Source: an uncultured Solirubrobacterales bacterium
GTDB lineage: Bacteria > Actinomycetota > Thermoleophilia > Solirubrobacterales > Solirubrobacteraceae
Reading direction: 5' to 3'
DNA: 64,000 nucleotides
NCBI GenBank assembly: GCA_963808325.1
Contig: CAWEFU010000011.1
Coordinates: 384,818-448,817 of the forward strand
A program made the position numbers and the translations under genes. The notes under the pieces are model-generated. The model saw only the letters and a list, made by a program, of their open reading frames with translations. It was not told the DNA's origin and searched no databases. Below, piece after piece: positions 49,001 through 57,493 of the stretch (position 1 is its first letter; each line of letters opens with the position of its first letter).

Positions 49001-49135
49001 CGTGCCGAGCTGCGAAACGCGGCCGGCGCGGCCACCTGCAGACGCTCCGGGGTCGGCCCAGCTGCGAAACGTTCCGGGGTCGGCCGAGCTGTGAACCGTT
49101 CCGGGATCGGCCCAGCTGCGAAACGTTCCGGGGCC
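49001..49135. repeat. 27-bp intergenic tandem repeat (3 good and about 2 degenerate units)
   Basis: ccggggtcggcccagctgcgaaacgtt-type units at 49047, 49074, 49101 between convergent genes. Confidence 0.85.
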
Positions 49136-49163
49136 TCGCTCGGAGCCCGCGCCGATCCTGACC

Positions 49164-50660
49164 TCATTTGCTCTCCCTCCAGGCGCGCTCGAACGGCAGG
49201 CGCCACGCGTTGGGCGCGATGAGCTGATGGATCGCATTCGGACCCCACGAGCCGGGCCCATACGGTTTGACCGACGGTGGATCGTCCAAGAGCGGAACTG
49301 ACCGTTCCCAAAGGCTCTCGATGCCGTCCGCGGTCGTGAACAGCGTGTGGTCGCCTCGGAAGCTGTCGAGGATCAGGCGTTCGTACGCCTCGAGGACGTC
49401 GGTGACCTCCTCGGTTTCGCTGGTCGCGAACTGCATGCTGAGCTTGTCCATCCTCATCCCGGGCCCCGGCCGCTTGCCATAGAAGGACAGCGAGAGGCGC
49501 GCGGCGTCGGCGAGATCGAACGTGAGGTGGTCGGGACCCTTGGTTCCGATGCCCGAGTTGCCGGGGAACATGCTCTTGGGTGCCTCGCGGAACGCGATCG
49601 ACACGATTCGCTGTCCCTCGGCCATTCGTTTGCCGGTGCGCAGGTAGAACGGGACCCCCGCCCAGCGCCAGTTGTCGATGTGGCACTTCAGCGCGATGAA
49701 CGTCTCGGTGTCGGAGTGAGGCGAGACTCCGTCCTCGCGCAGGTAGCCGTCGTACTGGCCGCGGACCACGTGATTGGGAAGGATCGGCAGGAGCGAGCGG
49801 AAGACCTTGTTCTTCTCCTCGCTGATCGCCTGGGGCTCCAGCGCGGTCGGAGGTTCGATGGCGATGAACGCGAGCACCTGTAGGAGGTGGGTGACGACCA
49901 TGTCCCGGTACGCGCCGGTGGACTCATAGAACTCAACCCGGTCCTCGAGCCCGAGGGTCTCCGGCACGTCGATCTGGACGTGATCGATGAAATTGCGATT
50001 CCAGATCGGCTCGAACAAACCATTTGCGAACCGGAACGCGAGGATGTTCAGCGCCGGCTCCTTGCCGAGAAAGTGATCGATCCTGAAGATCTGGCTCTCC
50101 TTGAACGTCTCGTGCACCGTCGCGTTCAGACTGACCGCGCTTTCCAGGTCGTGCCCGAACGGCTTCTCCATGATCACCCGAGCTCGATCGACTAGGTCGG
50201 CCGCCCTCAGCGTCTCCAGCACCGCGAGGGCGGCCCGCGGTGGCACGCTCAGATAGTGCAGACGGCGAACGTCCTCGGCCAACTCCGCCTCGGCGTTCGC
50301 GACCGCTCGCGCGAGCGCCTCTGGCCCCTCGCTCTGTCGGACGAATCGCAGCTTCTCGACGAACGGCTCGATCTGATCATCGGCCACCTTCGCGGAGCCG
50401 AATTCACGAAGGGCGGCCCGCGCGAACTCCCGGAACGAATCGTCATCGTAGGCGTCCAGCGATGTCCCCACGATCCGAAGCTCCGGCGCGAGCTTCGACG
50501 CCGACAGACGGGCCAGCCCCGGAAGAAGCTTCCGACGAGCCAGGTCGCCCGTGGCTCCGAACAAGGTCACGACGTGCGGAGCGACGTACTCCTTCGACGG
50601 ATGCCGCGGACGCGCCCCCGGCGCCGGATAGGCGATGTTCTCTTCTTCGGTTTCGAGCAT
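49164..50660 (-). CDS. zwf: Glucose-6-phosphate 1-dehydrogenase
   Basis: LFGATGDLARRKL, RIDHFLGKE, YRDMVVTH, RWAGVPFYLRTGK, EAYERL. Confidence 0.97.
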   Translation of the reverse strand: MLETEEENIAYPAPGARPRHPSKEYVAPHVVTLFGATGDLARRKLLPGLARLSASKLAPELRIVGTSLDAYDDDSFREFARAALREFGSAKVADDQIEPFVEKLRFVRQSEGPEALARAVANAEAELAEDVRRLHYLSVPPRAALAVLETLRAADLVDRARVIMEKPFGHDLESAVSLNATVHETFKESQIFRIDHFLGKEPALNILAFRFANGLFEPIWNRNFIDHVQIDVPETLGLEDRVEFYESTGAYRDMVVTHLLQVLAFIAIEPPTALEPQAISEEKNKVFRSLLPILPNHVVRGQYDGYLREDGVSPHSDTETFIALKCHIDNWRWAGVPFYLRTGKRMAEGQRIVSIAFREAPKSMFPGNSGIGTKGPDHLTFDLADAARLSLSFYGKRPGPGMRMDKLSMQFATSETEEVTDVLEAYERLILDSFRGDHTLFTTADGIESLWERSVPLLDDPPSVKPYGPGSWGPNAIHQLIAPNAWRLPFERAWRESK

Positions 50661-50798
50661 GCGGTCGATGATGGCACCCGCCGTTCACATTGTCCTCCTC
50701 GACTCGTGCTGGCGCCCCCGCCGGCATCGGCAACGGCGGTCCCTTAGCGGAGTGGCTTTAACGGTTGCGTCGGTTTGACGCGCGCGGTCTGTATCGGC

Positions 50799-50820
50799 TC
50801 ACGATATCGTGATACGATAG
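50799..50820. promoter_or_regulatory. Operator copy 1 (TATCGT-N3-ACGATA plus overlapping TCACGATATCGTGA dyad)
   Basis: tcacgatatcgtgatacgatag, about 140 bp upstream of zwf. Confidence 0.75.
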
Positions 50821-51295
50821 CTGTATCAAGATAACCATGGCTCGGAGCCAGATCCACCTGCGACACCGGGGCCGGCGTCGAGGGCGCGAATCGGGCTCCC
50901 GACCAGCACGACTCGAGGAGCTTGAAGTGGCGAACTCACAGATACCGGCTAATGGTCACGACGGTGGTCCACCCGTAGGCCACGTGACCGGACACAGAAT
51001 CGGCGAACCACCCCCGACGACACGAGACTCCAGCCGGCCAATCGGGCGCGTCGCGCCTTACGCCGACGTAGCCGTGTGCGCGGATGGTCGACCCGTCGGT
51101 CACTGGATCGGACGGCCTGTGCCCAGGACCTGAACGCTCAGGCCAACCGCAGGTAGGTCTCACCTGGTGCAAATAGAGGTAGCGGGGGATCGCGACGGGA
51201 AGCGGGGTTGCCGCCCGCCGGCGGGGAGCCCGCTCTCGCCGGCGGCGGCGTCCAACCCTCGCCGGCCGGGGCCGCCCGCGGCCGGGGCGGGCGTC

Positions 51296-51829
51296 CTACC
51301 CCCGTCCGCGGCGGGCGCGCGTCGATGTCGTCTTGGCGTCGCGCCTCGCGCTGGAAGACCGGCCGCGATCCGGGGCTGAGGTCGCCGGGGTCCGGCGCGC
51401 GGCAGGGTGCGGCGTGTCGCCATCCGCGTGCTCCAGCGCTTTCCAGAGCGCTCGCACGGTCGGCCCGAGGTGCGCGATCTCCTGGACATGAGCCTCGGAG
51501 AGCTCGTCGAGCTTGTCCAGACCAGCCGAGGTGAGCGTGACCCGCACGGCGCTGTTGTTAGTCGGGTCGGGATTGCGCGCGACGAATCCCGCGGCCACCG
51601 CGCGGTCGACTAGCCCGACGGCGCTGTGGTGGCGCAGCACCAGGTATTCGGCGATCTCCCCGATAGTGGGGCCGGCCGGGTCTGGGTGGCCGCGGATCGC
51701 GAGCAGCAGCTGATGCTGCGTCGCGGTCAGCCCGGCCGCCTCGGCTTGTTGCTCGCTCCATCGGAGAAACCGACGCAGACCGGTACGCAGCTCCAGGAGA
51801 TGTTCAAAATCGGCTTGCTCGAGAGTCAT
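51296..51829 (-). CDS. MarR-family regulator (HHSAVGLVDR type), probably leaderless
   Basis: LTATQHQLLLAIRG, TIGEIAEYL, HHSAVGLVDR; ATG 51829 lies inside the operator. Confidence 0.9.
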   Translation of the reverse strand: MTLEQADFEHLLELRTGLRRFLRWSEQQAEAAGLTATQHQLLLAIRGHPDPAGPTIGEIAEYLVLRHHSAVGLVDRAVAAGFVARNPDPTNNSAVRVTLTSAGLDKLDELSEAHVQEIAHLGPTVRALWKALEHADGDTPHPAARRTPATSAPDRGRSSSARRDAKTTSTRARRGRG

Positions 51830-51848
51830 ATCGTGATACGATATCGTA
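51828..51848. promoter_or_regulatory. Operator copy 2, between marR and satP
   Basis: atatcgtgatacgatatcgta overlaps the marR start codon and the satP -10 (TGaTACGAT). Confidence 0.8.
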
Positions 51849-51873
51849 CTAAGTCCAACTGAAGGGAGGATAC

Positions 51874-52539
51874 ATGGAAGCCGCCCAGATTCGTGCACAT
51901 GATGGCGCACGCGAAGCGGATGTCGCTCCGGCACCCGCCACCACGGAGCGGAGTTGGTGGACCCCGGCAGATCCGGCAGGTCTGGGGCTCGCCGGATTCG
52001 CGCTCACGACGTTCATTCTCGGGATGGTCAACGCCAACGCGATCAGCGGTAAGGACGTATTCGTCGTACTCAGCGTCGCGGGTGCGTACGGAGGGCTCGC
52101 GCAGCTACTGGCCGGGATGTGGGCGTTCGCCGAGCGCAATACGTTCGCCGCCATCGCCTTCAGTTCCTATGGCGCATTCTGGATCTCCTTCGTGCTGCTG
52201 ATCCAGTTCTTCCTGCCCGAGACCGTAAAGGTGAGCGGGATGCTGCCGGCCAACCACGCCCTCGCCCTGTACCTGTTCTGCTGGGGCTTCTTCACCCTGT
52301 ACATGTGGTTCGCCTCGTTCCGGGTGAGCGTTGCGGTGAATCTCGTCTTCCTCACGCTGTGGATCGCCTACGTTCTGCTCGGCCTCGGCCTCCTCGGCAG
52401 CGGTCACTCGACCATCACGCATTGGGGCGGCTATGTGACCATCGCCTGCGCGGTGATCGCCTGGTACACGGCGGCGGCGCTCGCGATCAACGGGACGCTC
52501 AAGCGGACGATCGTCCCCGTCATCCCGCTGAGTCGTTGA
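51874..52539 (+). CDS. satP: Acetate uptake transporter (SatP/GPR1/FUN34/YaaH)
   Basis: ADPAGLGLAGFALTT, YGGLAQLLAGMW, NTFAAIAFSSYGAFW; GGGAGG RBS. Confidence 0.93.
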   Translation: MEAAQIRAHDGAREADVAPAPATTERSWWTPADPAGLGLAGFALTTFILGMVNANAISGKDVFVVLSVAGAYGGLAQLLAGMWAFAERNTFAAIAFSSYGAFWISFVLLIQFFLPETVKVSGMLPANHALALYLFCWGFFTLYMWFASFRVSVAVNLVFLTLWIAYVLLGLGLLGSGHSTITHWGGYVTIACAVIAWYTAAALAINGTLKRTIVPVIPLSR

Positions 52540-53059
52540 GCAGGTTGGAGCACGCGGCCCGGAGGTGGCCGGCGGACGAACGAGAGACCGCGGTGTGATC
52601 AGGGCCCGCGCAGAGCACCGGCGGCCGGCCGGCGCTCTGCGCCGGTGGCCCGCACGCCAACTCCCCTCCCCATCTTGAGCCTCACGGGGGCGATCCGACC
52701 GGAGACCGGCGGTGCGCCGTGGTGGCTCGGACTTAACAGCAAGCAGCCCTTCCTGGGCGGTCCCGCGGTTCGCGCGATCGGTCGACACACCAACGAGACC
52801 CACGCCCAGGCGCTCGCGCTGATCGACGAGTTGCTGGCGCTCGATCCCGCTGGACCGGCACCGCCGACGATGGGCGCGGATGGTTGGCAACCCGCCACGG
52901 GGGTCGCGCAAGCCGTCGCTCGCGATGCTCACGCCGCGGCTCGATCCGATCGCGAGCGCGCCGGCATTGCGCTGCTGTGAGCGTCACATCGTCACCTGAG
53001 GGTCGAACCGTGCGCCTGCCGCGTGGACGTTGCTCACCTTGCCGCGAGCGGAGACCGTC

Positions 53060-53147
53060 GTGACGTGGACCAAGAGCATTCTCGTCGTCGCCAACGTCAC
53101 CGCCATCTCGACTGAGTTGGAGGCAGCGCTGCGGGCAGAGACCGCTA
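53060..53147 (+). pseudogene. 5' part of a USP-like gene interrupted by the IS
   Basis: MTWTKSILVVANVTAISTELEAALRA runs into the left IR. Confidence 0.55.
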
Positions 53148-53293
53148 GCTACTTCCCCCGGATAAACGCCGCGGCGGTTTCTGACGGGTGAGGAACGGGC
53201 GACACCAGTGAGGTCGTTGGGGAGGGGTGGTCATCCTTTCGGATGGTTCCCTCCGACTCCTCGCCGGTCCCCCTCCGTTCAGGGGTTGTTTCC

Positions 53294-54682
53294 TTATGGG
53301 AGGGTGGTGAAGGTGGCGGCGTTGTAGGTGAAGGCCGCCCATCCGTCCCACATCCGGTGGCCTTCGTTGCCTTTGAGGCGGCTGCGGCGCAGGCCGTAGC
53401 CGCGCTTGAGGTGGCTGATCCGCCCCTCGGCGCCGACCCGGTAGCGCTGTCGGCGTCGGCGGGTGCGCCGCGAGCCCGCCTCTTGACGGCCGGTGATGTG
53501 GACGGTGTCGGCCAGGCCCTCGAGCGCGCGGTTGGAGGGCCGCGGGTTGAACGCGCCGTCGACGATGACCTCCCGCAGCTTGATGTCGAGGTTCGCCAGC
53601 TCGGCCGCGGTCGCCGGCAGCAGCGTGTCCTCGGCCGGATTGCCGATCTCGCTGGCAGGCGGCAGGATGAACCCGCGCGCGCCCGGCTTGGTGTTGGCGG
53701 TGATCTCGCAGAGCTGATCGACATAGCCGAACTGGTTGGGCTGCGAGAGCTTGCCCTTGCGGATCGGCCGCGCGTCCGGGTCCCACAGCGACACCAGCCG
53801 GTCGGTGATGTTCTCGCCCTTGACGCGCTTGGTGATCTGCTCGATGACTCTCTCGCAGCGGTCGGCGAGCTCCTCGAACTTCCGCGCGGCGTTGAGCTTG
53901 GCCCGCGCGCCGCGCCCGCGGGCCCGTCGCCGCGCCTCGGCTGCCAGCGCGCGGGCCTCCTTGACGGAACGAACGAGCAGCTGGCCGGTCTGCTTGGTGA
54001 GCTTGAGCACCTCCTGCTTTGCCTGCCCGGAGCGGCGGCGCATCGAGCGTGTCAGCGCGCGGAGCCGGCGGCCGGCCGCGCGCGAGCGATCGCTGACCGC
54101 GGTGCGCTTGGCGCCGATCTTGGCTGCCAGCTTGCGCCCCTCCCGCGCCAGCGCCCGCACGCCGTCGGCCGCCAGCCCCGAGTCGGTCGGATAGCGAATG
54201 TCGGCCTCGACCACGGTCGAGTCGATCCGCGCCGCGCGGGGGCGAAAGCGCTTCTCGCGCCGGGCTTTCTGGATCAGCTCGCGGGTGAGCTGGTGGACCA
54301 CCTCTGCGCCCAGCCGCCGGGTCAATTTGCGCACGGTCGACTCGTCGGGCACTCGCTCTCCCAGCGCGATCAGGCAGAACCGCCGCAGATGCAGCGAGTC
54401 CGACACTTCCCGCATCAGCGTCTCGTACCCCCAGCCGGTGCGGTGCTTGATCACCATCAGCCGCACGTACGTAGCCATCGAGATCGTCGGCCGCCCCACC
54501 GACGGCGCCGGGCGGCCAACCGCCTCGGCCTCCCGCTGCCAGCGCTGCTCGATCGGCGCCAACAGCGCCGGATCGCGCAGCAGTTCGTCCAACGCGGCCA
54601 GATCGTCTGGCAGCGCGCGCACCTCGTCGGGCAAGAGGTCGTCCCACAACGATTCCACCTGCCCCGAGGACAGCCGCAGCAT
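53294..54682 (-). CDS. IS5-family (DUF772 + DDE) transposase
   Basis: GRPTISM, VPDESTVRK, IDSTVVEADIRYPTD, VDGAF, GAEGRISHLKRGYGL. Confidence 0.93.
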   Translation of the reverse strand: MLRLSSGQVESLWDDLLPDEVRALPDDLAALDELLRDPALLAPIEQRWQREAEAVGRPAPSVGRPTISMATYVRLMVIKHRTGWGYETLMREVSDSLHLRRFCLIALGERVPDESTVRKLTRRLGAEVVHQLTRELIQKARREKRFRPRAARIDSTVVEADIRYPTDSGLAADGVRALAREGRKLAAKIGAKRTAVSDRSRAAGRRLRALTRSMRRRSGQAKQEVLKLTKQTGQLLVRSVKEARALAAEARRRARGRGARAKLNAARKFEELADRCERVIEQITKRVKGENITDRLVSLWDPDARPIRKGKLSQPNQFGYVDQLCEITANTKPGARGFILPPASEIGNPAEDTLLPATAAELANLDIKLREVIVDGAFNPRPSNRALEGLADTVHITGRQEAGSRRTRRRRQRYRVGAEGRISHLKRGYGLRRSRLKGNEGHRMWDGWAAFTYNAATFTTLP

Positions 54683-54808
54683 TCATAACCTCCTCGACCA
54701 AGAAAGTGAGCATTTCCAGCCGAATTCTCTTGATCGCGCCGGACGGAACCGGTCGTTCCGACCGACCCGGATGCAACCCTCCGCCGCGATCGATCACGGG
54801 ACACTCCG

Positions 54809-55348
54809 ATGCCTAGACCAGGACGAAACGACCCCTGCCCGTGCGGCTCAGGCCGCAAGACCAAACGTTGCTGCGGACAGCGACGGGGACCCTCCGGAGA
54901 CGAGCTCGCCCGCGCGCACGTCGCTCAGCTCGCGCGGCAAGCAGCACACAACCTCGCGGGCCTGTCCGACCGCGCGCTCGACCACCTCTGGGAAGGACTC
55001 ATGGACCTGCCCGGCCTGGACTACTCGCTACTCGTCACGCTCCCCAAGCTGATCGGCCCCGACCTGCAGCGCCTGCGCGAATCGATCGAGCACGACGACC
55101 CCGACTGGGGCTGGGACGCGCTCACCGCCGTCCACAAGCAAATCGACACCCCACAACAACGAGCACGACTCGCCGACGCGATCGTCCGACTCCGCGACCA
55201 AGGCCGCATCAACCGCCGCCAAGCCGCCTACGCCCTGCTTGACCTCAGCACCCGCTCCACCCGACTCATCGCCGCCAGCCTGCTCGAAGCGGTCGCCGTA
55301 TCCGTCGGCGTCAGCCGCACCCCCGGCGGCCTCCACATCGCCGCCTAA
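54809..55348 (+). CDS. SEC-C motif protein (IS passenger)
   Basis: GRNDPCPCGSGRKTKRCC; stop 8 bp from the right IR. Confidence 0.85.
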   Translation: MPRPGRNDPCPCGSGRKTKRCCGQRRGPSGDELARAHVAQLARQAAHNLAGLSDRALDHLWEGLMDLPGLDYSLLVTLPKLIGPDLQRLRESIEHDDPDWGWDALTAVHKQIDTPQQRARLADAIVRLRDQGRINRRQAAYALLDLSTRSTRLIAASLLEAVAVSVGVSRTPGGLHIAA

Positions 55349-55378
55349 CCCCGATCGTTTATCCGGGGGAAGTAGCTA

Positions 55379-55460
55379 ACCGGCGGCGTTCCATCTGATC
55401 GTGCCCGCGACCCCGTTGGCGGGACGGCATGCCGACGAGACCGAATCGCTCACCAAATAG
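55379..55460 (+). pseudogene. 3' part of the interrupted USP-like gene
   Basis: PAAFHLIVPATPLAG followed by an early stop. Confidence 0.5.
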
Positions 55461-55728
55461 GTCCTCGCCGAGGCAGCGGCGCTGGACGGTCGCTGAGCGC
55501 AGACGCCGTGGCCGACCACCGGCGTATCGCGCGGGCTTGCTCCTCGTTGAGCGTGATCGTTACAAACGCGCCACAGCAATCGCAGAACATTCTGAGTTTG
55601 TCGTCCATGATCCTGGCGCGCTCGGTCCCGCGATCTTGGTGCCCGCAGGCGGGACAGGCAAGGTCCGCGAGGATTCCGGCCGGCTCGTCGGTCGGGCTGA
55701 ACTTGGCGGTGTGCGAGAGCTCAGGCAA
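55450..55728 (-). CDS. Small zinc-finger-like protein (CPAC...CDCC)
   Basis: GGAGG RBS 7 nt before TTG; two Cys clusters. Confidence 0.65.
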   Translation of the reverse strand: MPELSHTAKFSPTDEPAGILADLACPACGHQDRGTERARIMDDKLRMFCDCCGAFVTITLNEEQARAIRRWSATASALSDRPAPLPRRGPIW

Positions 55729-55850
55729 GTGCTTTCCTCCGGTCGGCTCGACATGGGTGCGATCGGCTCAACTCAACGTCGGATCTTTGACATCAAACCT
55801 GCTAAAAGCGCACTTAGTCGCGGCTTCGCCGCCACCAACCTGCGCCCGGC

Positions 55851-56045
55851 TTACGCCGGAGATGGCCTGTACTCCGGGTCGGTGGGATCGCCGACCTGCT
55901 GATCGGCCGCGTCCTCGCGGGTGTCGCGCATGAGCTCTCCGTAGCGTCGATCGGTGGGATCGCAGATGGGCTGTGGCGCTTCAGGATGCGCGCGAATGGC
56001 TCGAGCGGTCGCTCCCGCCGTGGGGTCCAAGATCGGTGGTCTCAT
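55851..56045 (-). CDS. 64-aa small protein
   Basis: AGGAGG RBS 7 nt before ATG; directly downstream of operator copy 3. Confidence 0.6.
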   Translation of the reverse strand: MRPPILDPTAGATARAIRAHPEAPQPICDPTDRRYGELMRDTREDAADQQVGDPTDPEYRPSPA

Positions 56046-56077
56046 CGGAATTCCTCCTGTGTTGGCTGAGTCCGCGT

Positions 56078-56097
56078 CTATCGTATCACGATATCGT
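56078..56097. promoter_or_regulatory. Operator copy 3
   Basis: ctatcgtatcacgatatcgt is the reverse complement of 50801-50820. Confidence 0.8.
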
Positions 56098-56245
56098 TGG
56101 CCGATACGGATTTTTTCGGCTCACCGTCGTTGCGCGGACGCTCCCGGCGCCCCGCCGCCACCTACCGTGAACCGCGCCCTCGACCGGGGCAGGCTCACGC
56201 TCCGGTAGCCGCGGTCTGCCCGGCGGTCGTCAGCCGGTGCGACCT

Positions 56246-56746
56246 TCATGCGCCTGCGCGGCCCGACTCGTTCGCGGAGTCTTTGACCGCTGCCGCCGGC
56301 TGGTCGCGCAGGTAGGCGATCAGGGTGGTGAGCTGGTCGATGAAAAGCTCCGCTTCGGCGTCGTCGAGGTCGGCCAGGAAGCGCGCGAGCGGCGCCGCGT
56401 GGCGGTTTCTCATCTCGGCGACCGCCGGCTTGGCCTTGTCTGAGAGCGAGACGATGATCCGCCGCCGATCCCGCTCGTCGTGGTCGCGGTCGATCAACCC
56501 GACGTCGGCGAGCTCTCCGACGACCAGGCTGGCGTGCGCAATGCTCATGTCCATCCGCTCGGCCACCTCCGAGACCGTCGCGGGTCCCGCGACCGCGAGG
56601 GAGACCAGGGTCGAAATATGCCGGTCGCCGAGCCGACCGGCTTGACGCAGCGTGATCGGCAGCTCGCCGCGTCGGCGGCGGAGGGCGAATGCGAGCTCTG
56701 GCATCAAGGGGGCGAGGCGCGCGATATGCGGGCGAATGTTTCTCAA
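56246..56746 (-). CDS. MarR-family regulator
   Basis: PATVSEVAERMDMSIAHASLVVGEL, DERDRRRIIVSLS; start TTG 56746 or ATG 56704. Confidence 0.9.
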   Translation of the reverse strand: MRNIRPHIARLAPLMPELAFALRRRRGELPITLRQAGRLGDRHISTLVSLAVAGPATVSEVAERMDMSIAHASLVVGELADVGLIDRDHDERDRRRIIVSLSDKAKPAVAEMRNRHAAPLARFLADLDDAEAELFIDQLTTLIAYLRDQPAAAVKDSANESGRAGA

Positions 56747-56750
56747 GAAT

Positions 56751-56765
56751 ACTTGACTATCAAGT
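56751..56765. promoter_or_regulatory. Palindromic MarR-type operator ACTTGA-N3-TCAAGT
   Basis: Perfect 6-3-6 inverted repeat between the divergent marR and DUF1707 genes. Confidence 0.65.
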
Positions 56766-56818
56766 GATCTTGTATAAACTGTAGCGCGATACCAGCCAAC
56801 GAGAGAAGGAAATCGCAA

Positions 56819-57262
56819 ATGCCCGAGAGCAACAGAGATCATGGACAGCGCACCGAAAGAGGCGACCGCGATCTGCGCGTCGGCGACCGTGACCGGGAGG
56901 CAGTGGCGGATTTCCTCCGCGAACAACATCTCGCCGGACGGCTCGAGACCGACGAGTTCCAGGAGCGCCTCGATAGCTGCTATTCCGCCAAGACGTACCG
57001 CGAGCTCGACGAACTCGTCGGGGACCTCCCCCGCGAGGAGGCGAGGCGTTCGATTCGGCAACCGTGGCGTTGGCCGGCCGTGGCTTTTGCGCCCCTGCTG
57101 ATCGCAGCGATCGTCCTGAGCCACGGCCACCTGCTGTGGCTCGCCATTCCGCTGTTCTTCTTCGTCGGACGTCCGCTCCTGTGGCATTCTGGGGGCCGTC
57201 ACGCCCGATGGGGGTTGTGGGGTTGCGCCACGACCGAGGGCCCAGCGCGCAACTACGACTGA
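56819..57262 (+). CDS. DUF1707-domain membrane protein
   Basis: LRVGDRDREAVADFL..GRLETDEFQERL..AKTYRELDELVGDLP. Confidence 0.88.
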   Translation: MPESNRDHGQRTERGDRDLRVGDRDREAVADFLREQHLAGRLETDEFQERLDSCYSAKTYRELDELVGDLPREEARRSIRQPWRWPAVAFAPLLIAAIVLSHGHLLWLAIPLFFFVGRPLLWHSGGRHARWGLWGCATTEGPARNYD

Positions 57263-57493
57263 CCTCGGGGCCGCCCAGGAAGCAACCGTCTCGCCGGTCC
57301 CCTGGGCGGCTCCCACGTACCGCCTCGACGGCTTGCCGGCCACGTTCGCGATTGTGGGGCCAGGATGCCTACTCCCTTCGCACAACGATCACCAGGGGCG
57401 ATGCTCCGGATGTAGCGCGCACGACGACTGGGACCGCTCGTGTACCGGTCGGCGTAGCATCCCGTGCCGACCTAGAAATCGAGGGAGGTAGCG

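Larger units (their letters stand above)
53148..55376. mobile_element. IS5-like element (about 2.2 kb) with terminal IRs, a TA target duplication and a passenger gene
   Basis: tagctacttcccccggataaacg (53146-53168) is the exact reverse complement of 55356-55378; flanks belong to one interrupted ORF. Confidence 0.88.

Noticed and set aside
49047-49127. Possible CRISPR array
   Set aside because: 27-bp units abut directly with no spacers; a simple tandem repeat
52645-52980. 111-aa ORF downstream of satP
   Set aside because: No RBS or recognisable motif; may be a remnant, but I cannot support a call
53145-54797. Long plus-strand ORFs (550 and 481 aa) overlapping the transposase
   Set aside because: Antisense or alternate-frame shadows typical of high-GC DNA; Arg/Ala/Gly-rich with no motifs
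57300-57493. Possible structured RNA leader (ggatgcctac...gtagcatcc long-range pairing)
   Set aside because: Imperfect 9-10 bp match in high-GC DNA with no recognisable riboswitch motif
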